DNA from: the human T2T-CHM13v2.0 reference genome, Homo sapiens
Direction: 5' to 3' (one strand)
Assembly (NCBI RefSeq): GCF_009914755.1
Contig: NC_060934.1
Length of the DNA stretch: 64,000 nt
Position numbers and translations under genes: made by a program. Shown here piece by piece: positions 30,670 through 42,680 of the stretch. Position 1 is the first letter of the stretch, and every line of letters begins with the position of its first letter. Below the pieces are notes generated by a model, which saw only the letters and a program-made list of their open reading frames with translations, had not been told where the DNA came from and made no database searches.

Positions 30670-31080
30670 TCCTGAAAAATATGCTTATTGCAAACCACCT
30701 ATGTGCCAAATACTGGCATATAAAAATAAATGAAATGAAGCCTTGCCCTTGAGAAACTCACTATTAATTGGAGCACACACTAGATGATGCTTAGTGCTTG
30801 GAGGGAGACATACAGAGAGTGACCCGGCACATAAGATCAGATATTTTCTTCATGATATTCAGGCTTCCCTTCTTCTTGAAAGTGTTGGAGAAATCGTCAG
30901 ACAGGAGGTGATATCCAAATGAGGACTTAAATAATGGAAAGGATTTAAGTGGACACAGACATGGCAGATTGAGTTTTTAAACAGAGGCAGTAAAGTTTTA
31001 GGCAGCTTGAGCAAAGGGGCAGGGACGGAAAATAAATGATCCACTTTGTGACTGGAAGTCTACAATGGTTAGGAGTGTGT
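30670..31080 (-). mobile_element. L2 fragment
   Basis: CACCTATGTGCCAAATACTG...CCTTGCCCTTGAGAAACTCAC...GGAGGTGATAT. Confidence 0.65.
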
Positions 31081-31197
31081 ATGCCTTTGAGCCAGGAAAA
31101 CCAAGGGTCCAAAAAACACTCTCAAGTTGGCATGCAGATGACAACCACAGGACCTTTACTGTGCCTCACTGCTTACATTCTCTCCAATCTCCTAAAT

Positions 31198-31506
31198 CAG
31201 GCCTTGGCAAACGTTCCTGTAAAGGGTCACAGAGTAAATATTTTAGGTTTGTGAGCTATACGGTCTCTGTCACAACTATTCAACTTTGTTGTTGTAGCAG
31301 GAAAGCAGCCATAGACAATATGTCAATGAATGAGTGTGGCCATGTTCCAGTAAGATTTTATATCAAATAATTTTCACATGTCATGAAATACCATTCTTTA
31401 GATTTTCCAGTCACTTAAAAAGGTAGTAACCATCTTTGGCTTGTGGGCCATAAAAAACAGGTGGTAGGACAGATATAGCCCATGGGCTAAAATTTGGCCA
31501 CCCCTG
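31198..31506 (+). mobile_element. MER58B (hAT-Charlie MITE)
   Basis: CAGGCCTTGGCAAAC...GTAAAGGG...GTAAATATTTTAGG...GAAAGCAGCCATAGACAATA...TTTGGCCACCCCTG, with degenerate TIRs. Confidence 0.85.
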
Positions 31507-32874
31507 TGTAAATTACCTCAAATCCTACCTGCAACAAAAGATAAATTATGTCTTTCCCTCTAATGGGGAATGCAAAGGTTTCTTTAAAGATATTTTCAAT
31601 ACCTGGATTTAAGTTGAGTAAGAGGTACTAGGGTACTTATAAAGTTGGTGAGCTTTTAAGGCAAATATAATTTTCCCTTCTCCCTGCCCTAAGATTTTAA
31701 TCTAACCAAATGAACATCAAGGAGACTTTCATAGAGGGCATTAAACCAAGGCTTAGGTGATTGGAAGGGAGCTAATTCCTACTCTCTGGGGATAGTCATT
31801 TATTTGTCTCAGGGCATATTTGGGATCTGCTGAAAAGCTCTTTCTTACCTAATTTTTGTCTTAAAATAATGAAATTCCTAAACTGATTCTCTACTACCTA
31901 GCAAAAAATGCTAGGCAAAAATTTCTAAAGTCACAACACCCTAAAACCAGATCGGGACCTTGTAACATCATCTCAAACAGCAGTCTGCTGAGACTTACGT
32001 GCAAGGAAAGAAGGGAACTGAAAGACCACGAAGGTATCTCTTCAACTACTCACTGGCTGGTAAGCCAGCCCTGAGAGCACAGCTCCCTCTGTCTCTGACT
32101 ATACATACATTTCCGCCCCAGTTTCATCCTTTCTGTTCTTTTTTTCTTTTATTTAGAAGGTAGACAAGAAGAACGGAAAGGGCCAACCAATTAAAAGCTA
32201 ACTTTGCTTTCTGGGACATTTCCATGTATTTAGCGTACATACACTGTCTCCAGTTGGCAAGGCATAACTAAGTTTGGATAACACTGGAGTGGAATATTCT
32301 ATTGCATTTTCTTACTGCTGTAAAAAAAAATCGCGCTTTAATCATACGTGGTAACCATCCGATTCATCCCAATATACTTGTATCTAATACTGATTTGAGA
32401 AGCATGTCCAAGAAAATACCAAAAACAACCACTGTTAAGGCTCTAAAAGCAGAAACATACAGAATAACCAATAAAAAAATCCCATCACCATTGTGCTAAT
32501 CAGATTTAACTGTGAAGAGAGAAGATAGTGATGCTTTAAAATGGTTTTGTGTACGTGCACGTGCATGCGCATTCTTGATTGTGTGTGTTGGTTGGGTGAA
32601 GATTTAGGGGAGCAATTTATCTCTGAGAAAATCAGATTCCTTTGTCCAGTTTGAGGACAAGAACACAACATTCTAAGATGTGGAATCTAATCTGATATTT
32701 TAAAACACTGTTAGCCTTGGTTCCAAATATCTTAGACATTGAGACAATGAAGAAAGTGTTCAACCAGTCACAGCTTGGTGATTGTGCTAACAACCTAAGA
32801 TCAACCCAAGACCCAAGATATGAAGAATTAAAAACAGGCACTAATGGCCTTTTCTCCTACCCCGCCCTATTCTG

Positions 32875-33170
32875 TCTGCAAAATTTTTAATCTTGTATAA
32901 AGACCCAGCTTAAATGTCACTTCCCTTTAAAACCTTACCTCCCACTCAGGCAAAATTAGGTGTCCCCCAGTCATCTTTGCTCCCATAGCACTTTGCACAA
33001 AACTCTATTATGGCTATTATGCACTTATCACAGTAAATTGCAATTTATTGTTTATGGGTCTATTTCCACCAGAATATGCACCCTTAAGGGTAAAGATCAG
33101 ATCTTATTCATCTTTGTATTCCCAGCGCTCAGCACAGTGCTGACACAACAGCCACTTCAAACATGTTTTA
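32875..33170 (+). mobile_element. L2 3' end
   Basis: CAGCTTAAATGTCACTTCC...TTCATCTTTGTATTCCCAGCGCTCAGCACAGTGCTGACACA. Confidence 0.8.
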
Positions 33171-34018
33171 GTATTTTTATTATTAAAGAAACGCATGCCC
33201 ATGCTAAAAATTCAGAACAGCATAACTGGTATAAAAGGAAAGGTTAAAAGTTGTCTTTCCACCATTCAGAACATCAGTCCGACTTCCAAAACAAAATCAC
33301 TCTTAAGAGATTCTTAATAATGCATAAATACTACATGAACCCCTTCCACTCCACACCCATCTGATGAACATATGGCTTCAAAGCCATCACACATGCAAGA
33401 GTGGCTACCTGTGCTAACCATCTGACATGGTTGGGTGCAAAATCACTCAAAGCAAAAGGCAAGTGAAGCACTGTGCTTTTGGAAGGGCACCGTCTTCTTA
33501 GGACCAGTTCTTCTATGCCCTTGATTTGATTATAAGTTCTTCTCACTCACTGATATGGTTTGGCTGTGTCTCCATCCAAATCTCATCTTCAATTGTAGTT
33601 CACATAATCCCCACGTGCCATGGGAGGGAACTGGTGGGAGAAAACTGAACCATGGGAGCAGTTACCTCCATGCTGTTCTTGTGATAGTGAGTTCTCACGA
33701 GAACTGATGGTTTTACAAGGGGCTTTTCCCCGTCTTCACTCTACACTTCTCTCCCCTGCTGCCATGTGAAGAAGGAGGTGTTTGCATTCCCTTCAGCCAT
33801 GATTGTAAGTTTCGTGAGGCCTCCCCAGCCATGCTGAACTGTGAGTCAATTAAACCTCTTTCCTTTATAAATTGCCCAGTCCCGGGTATATCTTTATTAG
33901 CAGCATGAGAATGAACCAACACAGTAAATTAGTACTGAGTAGTGGGGCACTGCTGTAAAGATACCCAAAAATGTGGAAACAACTTTGGAACTGGGTAGCA
34001 GGCAGAGGCTGGAACAGT

Positions 34019-34183
34019 TTGGAGGGCTCAGAAGAAGACAGGAGGATGTTAGAAAGTCTGGAACTTCTAGAGAATTGGAAGGCTCAGAAGAAGACAGGAA
34101 AATCTGGGGAAGTTTGGAGCTTCCTAGAGAATTGGAGGGCTCAGAGACAGGATGGTGTGGGAAAATTTGGAACTTCCTATAAA
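34019..34183 (+). repeat. 3 tandem copies of a ~56-bp THE1-int segment
   Basis: TTGGA(G/A)GGCTCAGA...GACAGGA...TGGAACTTC(C)TA units start at 34019, 34075 and 34132. Confidence 0.85.
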
Positions 34184-34299
34184 CTAGTTGAATGGCTTTA
34201 ACCAAAATGCTGATAGTGACATGGACAATGAAGCCCAGTCTGAGGTGATCTCAGATAGAGATGACAAACTTGTTGCAAACTGGAGTAAAGGTCACTCTT

Positions 34300-34648
34300 T
34301 GTATTAGTCTGTTTTCATGCTGCTGATAAAGACATACCTGAGACTGGGAAGAAAAAGAGGTTTAATTGGACTTACAGTTCCACATGGCTGGGGAGATCTC
34401 AGAATGATGGTGGGAGGTAAAAGGCATTTTTGGTGGCAGCGAGAGAAAATGAGGAAGAAGCAAAAGTGGATACCCCTGATAAACCCATCAGATCCCATGA
34501 GACTTATTAACTATGACGAGAATAGCACAGGAAAGACCAACCCCCATGATTCCATTACCTCACCCTAGGTCCCTCCCACAACAAGTGGGAATTCTGGGAG
34601 ATACAATTCTAGTGGAGATTTGGGTGGAGACACAGCCAAACCATATCA
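34300..34648 (-). mobile_element. THE1A solo LTR inserted in reverse into the THE1 internal region
   Basis: Minus strand TGATATGG...GTATCTCCCAGAATTCCC...GGGTTTATCAGGGG...CTAATACA. TSD CTCTT/TTCTT. Removing it restores GGTCACTCTTGCTATGC. Confidence 0.9.
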
Positions 34649-35764
34649 TTCTTGCTATGCAAAGAGACTGGTGGCATTTTGCCCCTGCCCTAGACATCTG
34701 TGAAACTTTGAACTTGAGTTAAATGATTTAGGGTATCTGGTGGAAGAAATTTCTAAGTGGCAAAGCATTCAAGAGGGAGCAGAGAAATTCTGGGGGGAGA
34801 AATTCAAGCTTGCTGGAGAAAGTGGCATAAGTAACAAGGAGCCAAATGTTAATCACAAAGACAATGGGAAAAATGTCTCCAGGGCATGTCAGAGACCTTC
34901 ACAGCAGGCCCTTCCATCACAGACCCAGAGGCCTAGGAGGGAAAAATGCTTTAGTGGACCAGGCCCAGAACCCACTGCTCTGTGCAGCCTCAGGATATGG
35001 TGCCCTGCATCCCAGCTGCTTCAGCTCCAGCTGTGGCTAAAAGAGGCCAATGTACAGCTCAGGCCATTGCTTCAGAGAGTGCAAACCCTAAGCCTTGGCA
35101 GCTTTCACATGGTGTTAGCCCTGTGGGTGTGCAGAAGACAAGAACTGAGGTTTGTGAACCTCTGCCTAGATTTCAGAGGATGTACAGAAATGCCTGGATG
35201 TCCAGGCAGAAGTTTGCTGCAGGGGTGGAGCCCTCATGGAGAACCTCTGCTAGGACAGAGGAGAAGGGAAATGTGGGTTTGGGGTCCCCATGCAAAGTCC
35301 CCATGGGGCACTGTCTAGTGGAGCTATGAGAAGAGAACCACTATCCTCCATACCCCAGAATGGTAGATCCACCGACAACTTGTTCCATGCATTTGGAAAA
35401 GCTACAGACACTCAATGCCAGCCCATGTAAGCAGCCTGGATGGGGACCCCACACATGGGACCTAGCGGGAGGTAACTGAATCATGGGAGTGGCTACCTCC
35501 ATGCTGTTCTCATAATAGTGAGTGAGCTCTCATGGGATCTGATGGTTTTATAAGGGGCTTTCCCCCCACTTCACTCTGCACCTCTCTCTTCTGCTGTCAC
35601 ATGAAGAAGGATCTGTTTGCTTCCCCTTCTGCCATGATTGTAAGTTTCTGGAGGCCTCACTGGCGACACCGAACTGTGAGTCAATTAAACCTCTTTCCTT
35701 TAAAAATCACCCAGTCATGGGTATGTCTTTATTAGCAGCATGAGAATGGACTAATACACTCACT

Positions 35765-36160
35765 GACACTTTTGCCTTTTATTTTCATCTCTTCCTCTCT
35801 TTTTATGATTCTCCTGCTTTGTTTATATGCCTCCATCACAGCTCTGTCTTTGTCTCCCAATATGACTTTCTTTGCCTGTGGTCTCTCCGTGTCTCTTTGT
35901 CTCTCATCTTTCCTTTTTCTTCCTCTTCTCAATCTGCCTCTGCTCTCTGGCTTTCCTTCTGTCTCTCTCTGCCTTTGTCATGAACTTATGTTCTTTCTCT
36001 TCCCTTCTCCCTCCTTCCCTCTCCCTCCTTCATTTTCTCCCTCTCCCTTTTCTTCTCTCTCTTATTCATTTTCTGTCTTCCATATATCTGTTATTTATGT
36101 CTCTCTGTCTCCTTCTCTCTGTTTTTTTTTTCCATCTCTCCTTGTTCTGGAGCTCTCTTT
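35765..36160 (+). repeat. CT-rich low-complexity tract
   Basis: About 400 bp strongly pyrimidine-rich. Source of the spurious L/S/F/P-rich ORFs. Confidence 0.85.
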
Positions 36161-36899
36161 CCAATCAGTGCTCACAATCAGTAAACATCCTTACTGTGGC
36201 CTTACGATACTAATATTTCGTTTTTAAGAGTGGAGACTTAAATGTTGTACATTGGTGCTTATGTTGCTGTGAATGTATACAGACATATAAGAGCGCACAT
36301 ATTTATTATGTATATATTTATATGTACTTATATGATATGCAGATGGAGACCAAAATAAAGACAGAGATTGAGATTTAAACTGAAACATATATTGTTTAAC
36401 TGGGTGAATGGAGGTCACTGGAATTTCTGGGATATATAGTCAGGTTGGTGAAACTACCATGGATCATTCTCTCTGGAATCAACAAAGGCGATGATAAACA
36501 AAAGGCCTGGTAGCACATGCTGCTGCATACTCAGGAAACAGACAGAGTGATCTTGCTCTTTTGCAAAAAGCCTGGACAGCAGACTGTCTCCCAACAATAG
36601 TGATTAAAAGGGAAACAGGCAACTTGAATGTGAGCTCTTGTACAGTTGTTGCCTGGAATTCAGTTTTAATGAGGCCAAGTTCACAAACTCGTTTGCTCTC
36701 TCTTTCATTTATTTTCATTTTAAAATAACTTTTAAAAATAACTCAAGCAATACACATTTATTAAGAAATGACAAAAAGAATGAACACAAGAAACCTTGCA
36801 TAGAATCCTAACATTCATCATTATCACTGGCAAACATTTTGAGTCATATCCTTTCCTGCTTTTTTTCCCACAAAAGTTTAATTTTACAGTATATAATAA

Positions 36900-37277
<378 letters not shown>

Positions 37278-37714
37278 TGAGAGAACAACATAGACAAAAA
37301 CTCTGACTTAATGGGTTTATGTTTGTACTATTTTGTAATCTTTTATTCTGGTATTTTGTGGACAGTTTCCCACTTAAAAATATATGTTTTTATAATCAAC
37401 CTTTTAATGACTTCATTATTCTACAACACACAGGTACAAAGTTATAGGTTGTTCACAACACATGAAAAAAAAACACTTTCCCAAGGAAATAGCAAATAAA
37501 ATTGGAAATATTTAGTAAGCAAATATTAAGTGGAAACAGCTAGAGTTGCTGACAGGGATGCTAAGAAGATTAGGACAGTGCCCCAATCTTCAATTTAAGA
37601 AAATAGAACTGGACCGAGAGAACCTAAATGCAGAAACAGAAACAACATCATGAATGTCATATTACAAACATCTTTTAATAGGCCATACTGGAGCACTATT
37701 AATATCAATGAAAC

Positions 37715-37960
37715 TGTAATAACAGCTAACCCTTATTGATGATTTAGTATATGCCAGATGTTCCGTTAAGAAGTTATATTATCTCTGTTAATTTCTGTTA
37801 AGAAGTTATACTATCTCTGTTAATCATCAAGCCACCATATAAGAAATATACCATTAGTACCCTCATTTTACAGATGAGGGAACTAAAGACAGAGATAAAG
37901 TTAATTGCACAAGTTCACATATCTAGTGGATAGTAGAGTCGGCAATTAACCCAATAAATT
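37715..37960 (-). mobile_element. MIR containing a 32-bp tandem duplication (37761-37824)
   Basis: CTCATTTTACAGATGAGGGAACT core. Confidence 0.8.
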
Positions 37961-38273
37961 ATATTTTAAATCATGTGTACTTTCTGCCATTTAAGACATA
38001 TTGTGGTTATGTGGACAGCCATGGAAGATAATTTTTTAGTATACATTGAATGACAGAAATTTCACCTGGGCTACACTGTACTGTCCTGTGTGATTTATAG
38101 AGCCTTACATTCCAATAGGTCTTCACTGTAGGGGGTCATGGTTTCTATTGAGAAGCTGATAAACACTGTGGACTGCATCTCTTCATGGGAAAAATTAAAG
38201 CATATTAACACAAAATTATGCAGACAATGGAAGAAGTCCATGGACTCTTAAACTCATGTGCAAATCTTAAGGA

Positions 38274-38402
38274 AATGATTTTCAAACTTGAGTGTTCCCA
38301 AGAATCTCCTAGGGAGTTTGTAAAATATAGATGCCTGGTCCCTTCTCCCCATCAGGTCATTCAAAAGCAGGACCCATGAGGACAGTACTTTGAGAAACAC
38401 TG
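38274..38402. mobile_element. MER5-like hAT MITE remnant
   Basis: TTTTCAAACTTGAGTG...AGAATCTCCTAGGGAG...TTTGAGAAACACTG. Confidence 0.6.
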
Positions 38403-39194
38403 CCCCAGGCACCTATGAGTGAGCCCATGCCTGCCCAGTTAAGAATTCTTCTACCATTTCAGCAAAATGCAAGTCAGGGCGAGCAGGGCTGCACATGATA
38501 AATTTCTAAACCAGGGTGCTGAATGTGCCCAAAATAGCCTTTTTCCCTTTAATGATTATAATCAAGAATGTACAGTGGGAATTGCTGAGATAAGGGGAAG
38601 ATCTTTCGCTTTTAATCTGCCCCACCGACCCATCCACCACCCGGCCCCAAACCACCAAAGGCCCTGCAGCAGAAGGATTGATGGCCCATGATTTTGTGTC
38701 TCAACAGCTCCTGTTACTCTGGTTAGGGAAAGATGACTAGAGGCGTCAATCTATTGGTTCCAGGGCACAACATGATTAGTTGGTTGTCTGATAACATGAT
38801 TCTTATTAGCACTTTCTTTAAAAAGTGTACACGTTGTGCACACTGTCACTGTAGGGTCATTAGTCAGCAGGGAGAAACCAAACAGCACATCCCACACATC
38901 TTCCCAGGATAACAAGATGACACACATTAATAACCCCCAGAAGCCACTTGTGGGGATGGACACAGGTGAGGGCTTCAACCCAAACAGCATCATGGAGCGG
39001 GTTATTGCCAAGTAAAGTGTCAGTGACCTGACAATGGGGTGAAGTGAAAGGAAGACCCCCCAAGATATGTCATTCATATAAAGAGCTCCCCTACCACCCC
39101 ATCTGCACTGAATTGTGGAGTTCTTTCCAAAGAAACTCAGAAATAAACCCATTCAAAAATAAACTTATACAAAAATAAACCCATACAAAGCATG

Positions 39195-39425
39195 ATTTAT
39201 AGCACAAAGAGCTTTGGTTCCAGAAAGGGCAAAAATCAAATCCCAGCTCTGCCACCTGCTAGCTGGGTAACCTTGAGCAAGTTGTTTAAGCTTGACTTCT
39301 ACAGCTTTAGAATGAGGATAACAGTACGTAGTTCATAAAGGTGTCGTGATAATCAAGTGAAATCATGTGGTGATGTTCCAGATCATATTTCCAGAGAAGC
39401 TGTTCACTAAATTGGTGGTTATTTA
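39195..39425 (+). mobile_element. MIR
   Basis: CAAATCCCAGCTCTGCCACCTGCTAGCTGGGTAACCTTGAGCAAGTT. Confidence 0.8.
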
Positions 39426-40075
39426 TATTATTTTTGTTAAAGGAGACTTCTGATATAATCAATATGTCTTATGTAGATAGAGTTGTCCCTGATATTCAGC
39501 AAACTTTCCTTTGCTCTCTTCTTCCACTCTCACCCCAACAGTTAGAAGTAGAAAAAGCTACATCTGGTAACTCAGTTATAATCCTTGAGCAAGTAAAACC
39601 CATTAGCATCAACAGGCAGTCCTTCAGTTTGACTACTGCTGCTCCAAAATGTTGATTGACACTCTAGGTTTCCTATATGGGAAGACGTAGTGAGACCACC
39701 TTTAATATTATTTTTAACTAGCTTTTATCTGCATAAGAAAATCAAAGAGAGGAAGAGATGGCTATACCTCCCTTCTACCCCAAGCCGCTATTGCAATAAA
39801 CCCAGTCATGAGTAGTCTCATCTCTGAAGTCTATTAGCAGTGGAATACATATGGCAGACAGGTTATTACTGGGAACCTCACTTCCAGAAGGTCCCATCAT
39901 CACTCTTTAAGGTAATTTCAGTGGTTTAAACAATGCCAAGAGCATGACTTTTCATGAGGCTCCTTGTTTTGAAGCCCAAGACAAACAACTTGAAAAGCTG
40001 AACCTGGAACTCAGGAGCTCTACAGCCAATATTCACTCTTCTTCCCACAATGGAAAACCTTAAGGATACAGGTGC

Positions 40076-40249
40076 ATGGGCTTCAGACAAACTACAAGGC
40101 TAGGGTGCAGCTGTGTTCTAACTCTTGCCTGTGATGGGCTTCAGACAAACTACAAGGCTAGGGAGCAGCTGTGTTCTAACTCTTGCCTGTGACGGGCTTC
40201 AGACAAACCACAAGGCTAGGGTGCAGCTGTGTTCTAACTCTTGCCTGTG
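40076..40249. repeat. 58-bp minisatellite, 3 near-identical copies
   Basis: ATGGGCTTCAGACAAACTACAAGGCTAGGGTGCAGCTGTGTTCTAACTCTTGCCTGTG at 40076, 40134 and 40192. Three substitutions in total. Confidence 0.97.
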
Positions 40250-41399
40250 GCAAGCCAGCAGTGGGTCAAACCAAGAATCACTCCTACAGTGTGACCAAAT
40301 GTTATTTGACCTTCTTCTTCCACTAACTGACCTACTTAATAGGAACATCTTGTTTTTTTTATCTGAGAGTGTAGATGATATTTGTCTTTCCTATCTTATA
40401 GAATCGTGGTGAGAAAAAATACCTTAAGTAATGGAAGTAATGTGTCGATCTTTGAAAACTGAAGCATTTTGCAAAGAGAAAAAAGGGCTATAACTGATCT
40501 AAAGTGGTATAAAAACATTCAGGAGTGCTATAGAAATAGACACAATATCTTTCATATGTGTGTAAAATCTCACATAGGATTTCCGACAGAGCATCCACGT
40601 CCTTTTTTTACTCCTATCTACATTCTAGGATAAGCTCTGTTCTTTCATTCTAAACGTTGCACTCTAAGATTCCACCTTTGCTTCTTGCCAACTGTTTGCT
40701 TACTCCATCCGTACAATCGGAGCAGAGTTTGAGCTCCTTGACAGGAACCACTGCACTTTTATGGAGCCTGGCCTCACCTCGCAATGAACACATCTCTTCT
40801 CTGCCATCCCCTTTGGCCACTGCAGAGATGCTGTTTGGCCAGTTTCCCCTCCAGGAGACACAAGTGCCTTCTCTACACCTTTTAGCCACAAAATAAGGGA
40901 CAGTAATTAAGACATACACAAAAACAGGACAAATATTTTACATACATTTAGTGGCTGAATATAAGCTGGCAAGGAGAAAAATTAATTTATCCTCAAGGCA
41001 GCCTGAACAGTGATCTCTCTCACCAATAACTTAAACAAAAGAAAGTCCTTTTGTGAAAACTCTGTGTGGAAAGTATCAAGGAAAAAATGAAACAATGATG
41101 ACTCCAGCTAAGATTTAATGTGCAAATAAGGTCAGTCATGTCTCTCAATGACCATAAAGGTTTTTATTTTCCTACTGGGCTTGGAATGTACCCAAATTTA
41201 CTACAAGATTGATGTGTATATTTTTTGCTTAACTCATATTTTTCAATCATTCCTAAGGTTAAAACTTTCGTTAAACATAGTTTTTAAATCAAGTAATTTA
41301 AATTCCTGGATATAAAGAGGAATGTTTACATCTCTTCCCTTGACCTTTGGTTATGACATCCATTCAGCTAAAAATATCCTTGTAATAATCTCCAACTGT

Positions 41400-41692
41400 T
41401 ACTTACAATCTTCTCTACATTTCAAGGTTTCTCTGAAGTACCTACTCTACAATCCAGCTTGAAGGCCATCCCAGCCAGAAGATGCCCAACTCTCCCCTGA
41501 CTTCCTACAGCATGTTCTGTCCTCAGAGAACGTACATCTCCTGCTGTCTCTTAAGAAGTTTCTTTGGGTACAAGACCGAGAGCTCATTGAGGGCAGGAAT
41601 TATTTCTTTTCATCTTGTGTAGCACTTCACAAATATCCCTATGCCAGTGAATGACAAATATTAGGAGCTCAATAAATATTTGTTGAATTAAA
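41400..41692 (+). mobile_element. L2 3' end
   Basis: GAGCTCATTGAGGGCAGGAA...GCTCAATAAATATTTGTTGAAT. Confidence 0.75.
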
Positions 41693-42444
41693 ACTAAACA
41701 CAATAATTTGCGTAAGGCTCTTGGCATAATTTTGGCACATAGCAATTACTCCTAAATGGGAGCAATTATTATTTTCATATATAAATGAGATTCATGTATC
41801 TGCTTTTTTGCCCTATCCTATGAACTTCTAAGGTCTCTCTTTAAAAAAATGTGGATGTAGTTCTGACAGTCAACATTCATGTCAATGTTCTCTAGAAAAT
41901 CTCATTAAATAACTAAGAGATTTTTACTTTCCAATTTCACATGAGGCATTTTTTTGGGGGGGAAGGGGGGTCCAAAGTTAGCAAGTTCCTTAACATGAAG
42001 ATGTAATACAATAAACCCAATAAACTATGTTTTGCTGCAAACCCATGTGCACAGATTGAAATGAAGGCCTGCTGGGATCTCACATTACTTGATTTCCCCT
42101 AAACAGATATGCATATGAACTGAGGAAAAAGGAAGAACCTTGTGAAATAAAAGGTTTGTTCCCTTACAGGTCAAGGGTATAGGTCATTATGTCATTTCTA
42201 CATCCCCAACACTCCTAGTGCACTTTACTTAGTAAATGCAGCAGGTATCCAGTATCTGTATGAACAAAGTATTAAATTAGTTTTGACCTGTAATGGATTT
42301 TAGTCCATTAGTGCCATTTTACAGAGGATGAAATTGAGGCTACAACATTTCAACATGCTATGACTACGTATCTAATTTTTGTATACAGCCAGTATTATAA
42401 CCCACAATTCTTAATTCCCAGTAGAGAAATCTTTCTTCCCATGA

Positions 42445-42680
42445 GTAAGTAGCATTTATTGAGCATTTACTAGGAATAAAGCACTTTGTATCCACGATGT
42501 CGCCTCCTGAGGAAAAAACCTCCGAAAGATATACTATCCCCATATTTTAGATGGGGAGACTCAGGCTCAAAGAATTTAAGTGACTTACTCAAGGCAACGT
42601 GCTGATTTAGCAGGACAACTAAGATTCAAACTCAAATCTGTTTGATTTCAAACCCATTGCCTTCCAAATCACACCACATT
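42445..42680 (-). mobile_element. MIR
   Basis: CATTTATTGAGCATTTACT...CATATTTTAGATGGGGAGACTCAGGCTCA...AAGTGACTT. Confidence 0.8.

Larger units (their letters stand above)
33551..35758 (+). mobile_element. THE1C/D MaLR provirus: 5' LTR 33551-33923, internal region, 5'-truncated 3' LTR ~35446-35758
   Basis: TGATATGGTTTGGCTGTGTC...GGACTAATACA termini. Perfect 5-bp TSD CTCAC (33546-33550, 35759-35763). THE1-int sequence between the LTRs. Confidence 0.93.

Noticed and set aside
34740-35329. 192-aa and 115-aa ORFs
   Set aside because: Lie in the decayed THE1 internal region, which is interrupted and partly deleted. No sign of a functional gene.
35772-36227. 151-aa hydrophobic ORF resembling a membrane protein
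   Set aside because: Artefact of the CT-rich low-complexity tract.
38751-39152. 133-aa minus-strand ORF in unique intronic DNA
   Set aside because: No recognisable homology or exon structure, and it does not encode the expected SORCS1 exon 2 peptide.
40076-40249. Possible CRISPR-like array
   Set aside because: Units are contiguous with no unique spacers, there are no cas genes, and the context is mammalian. It is a minisatellite.
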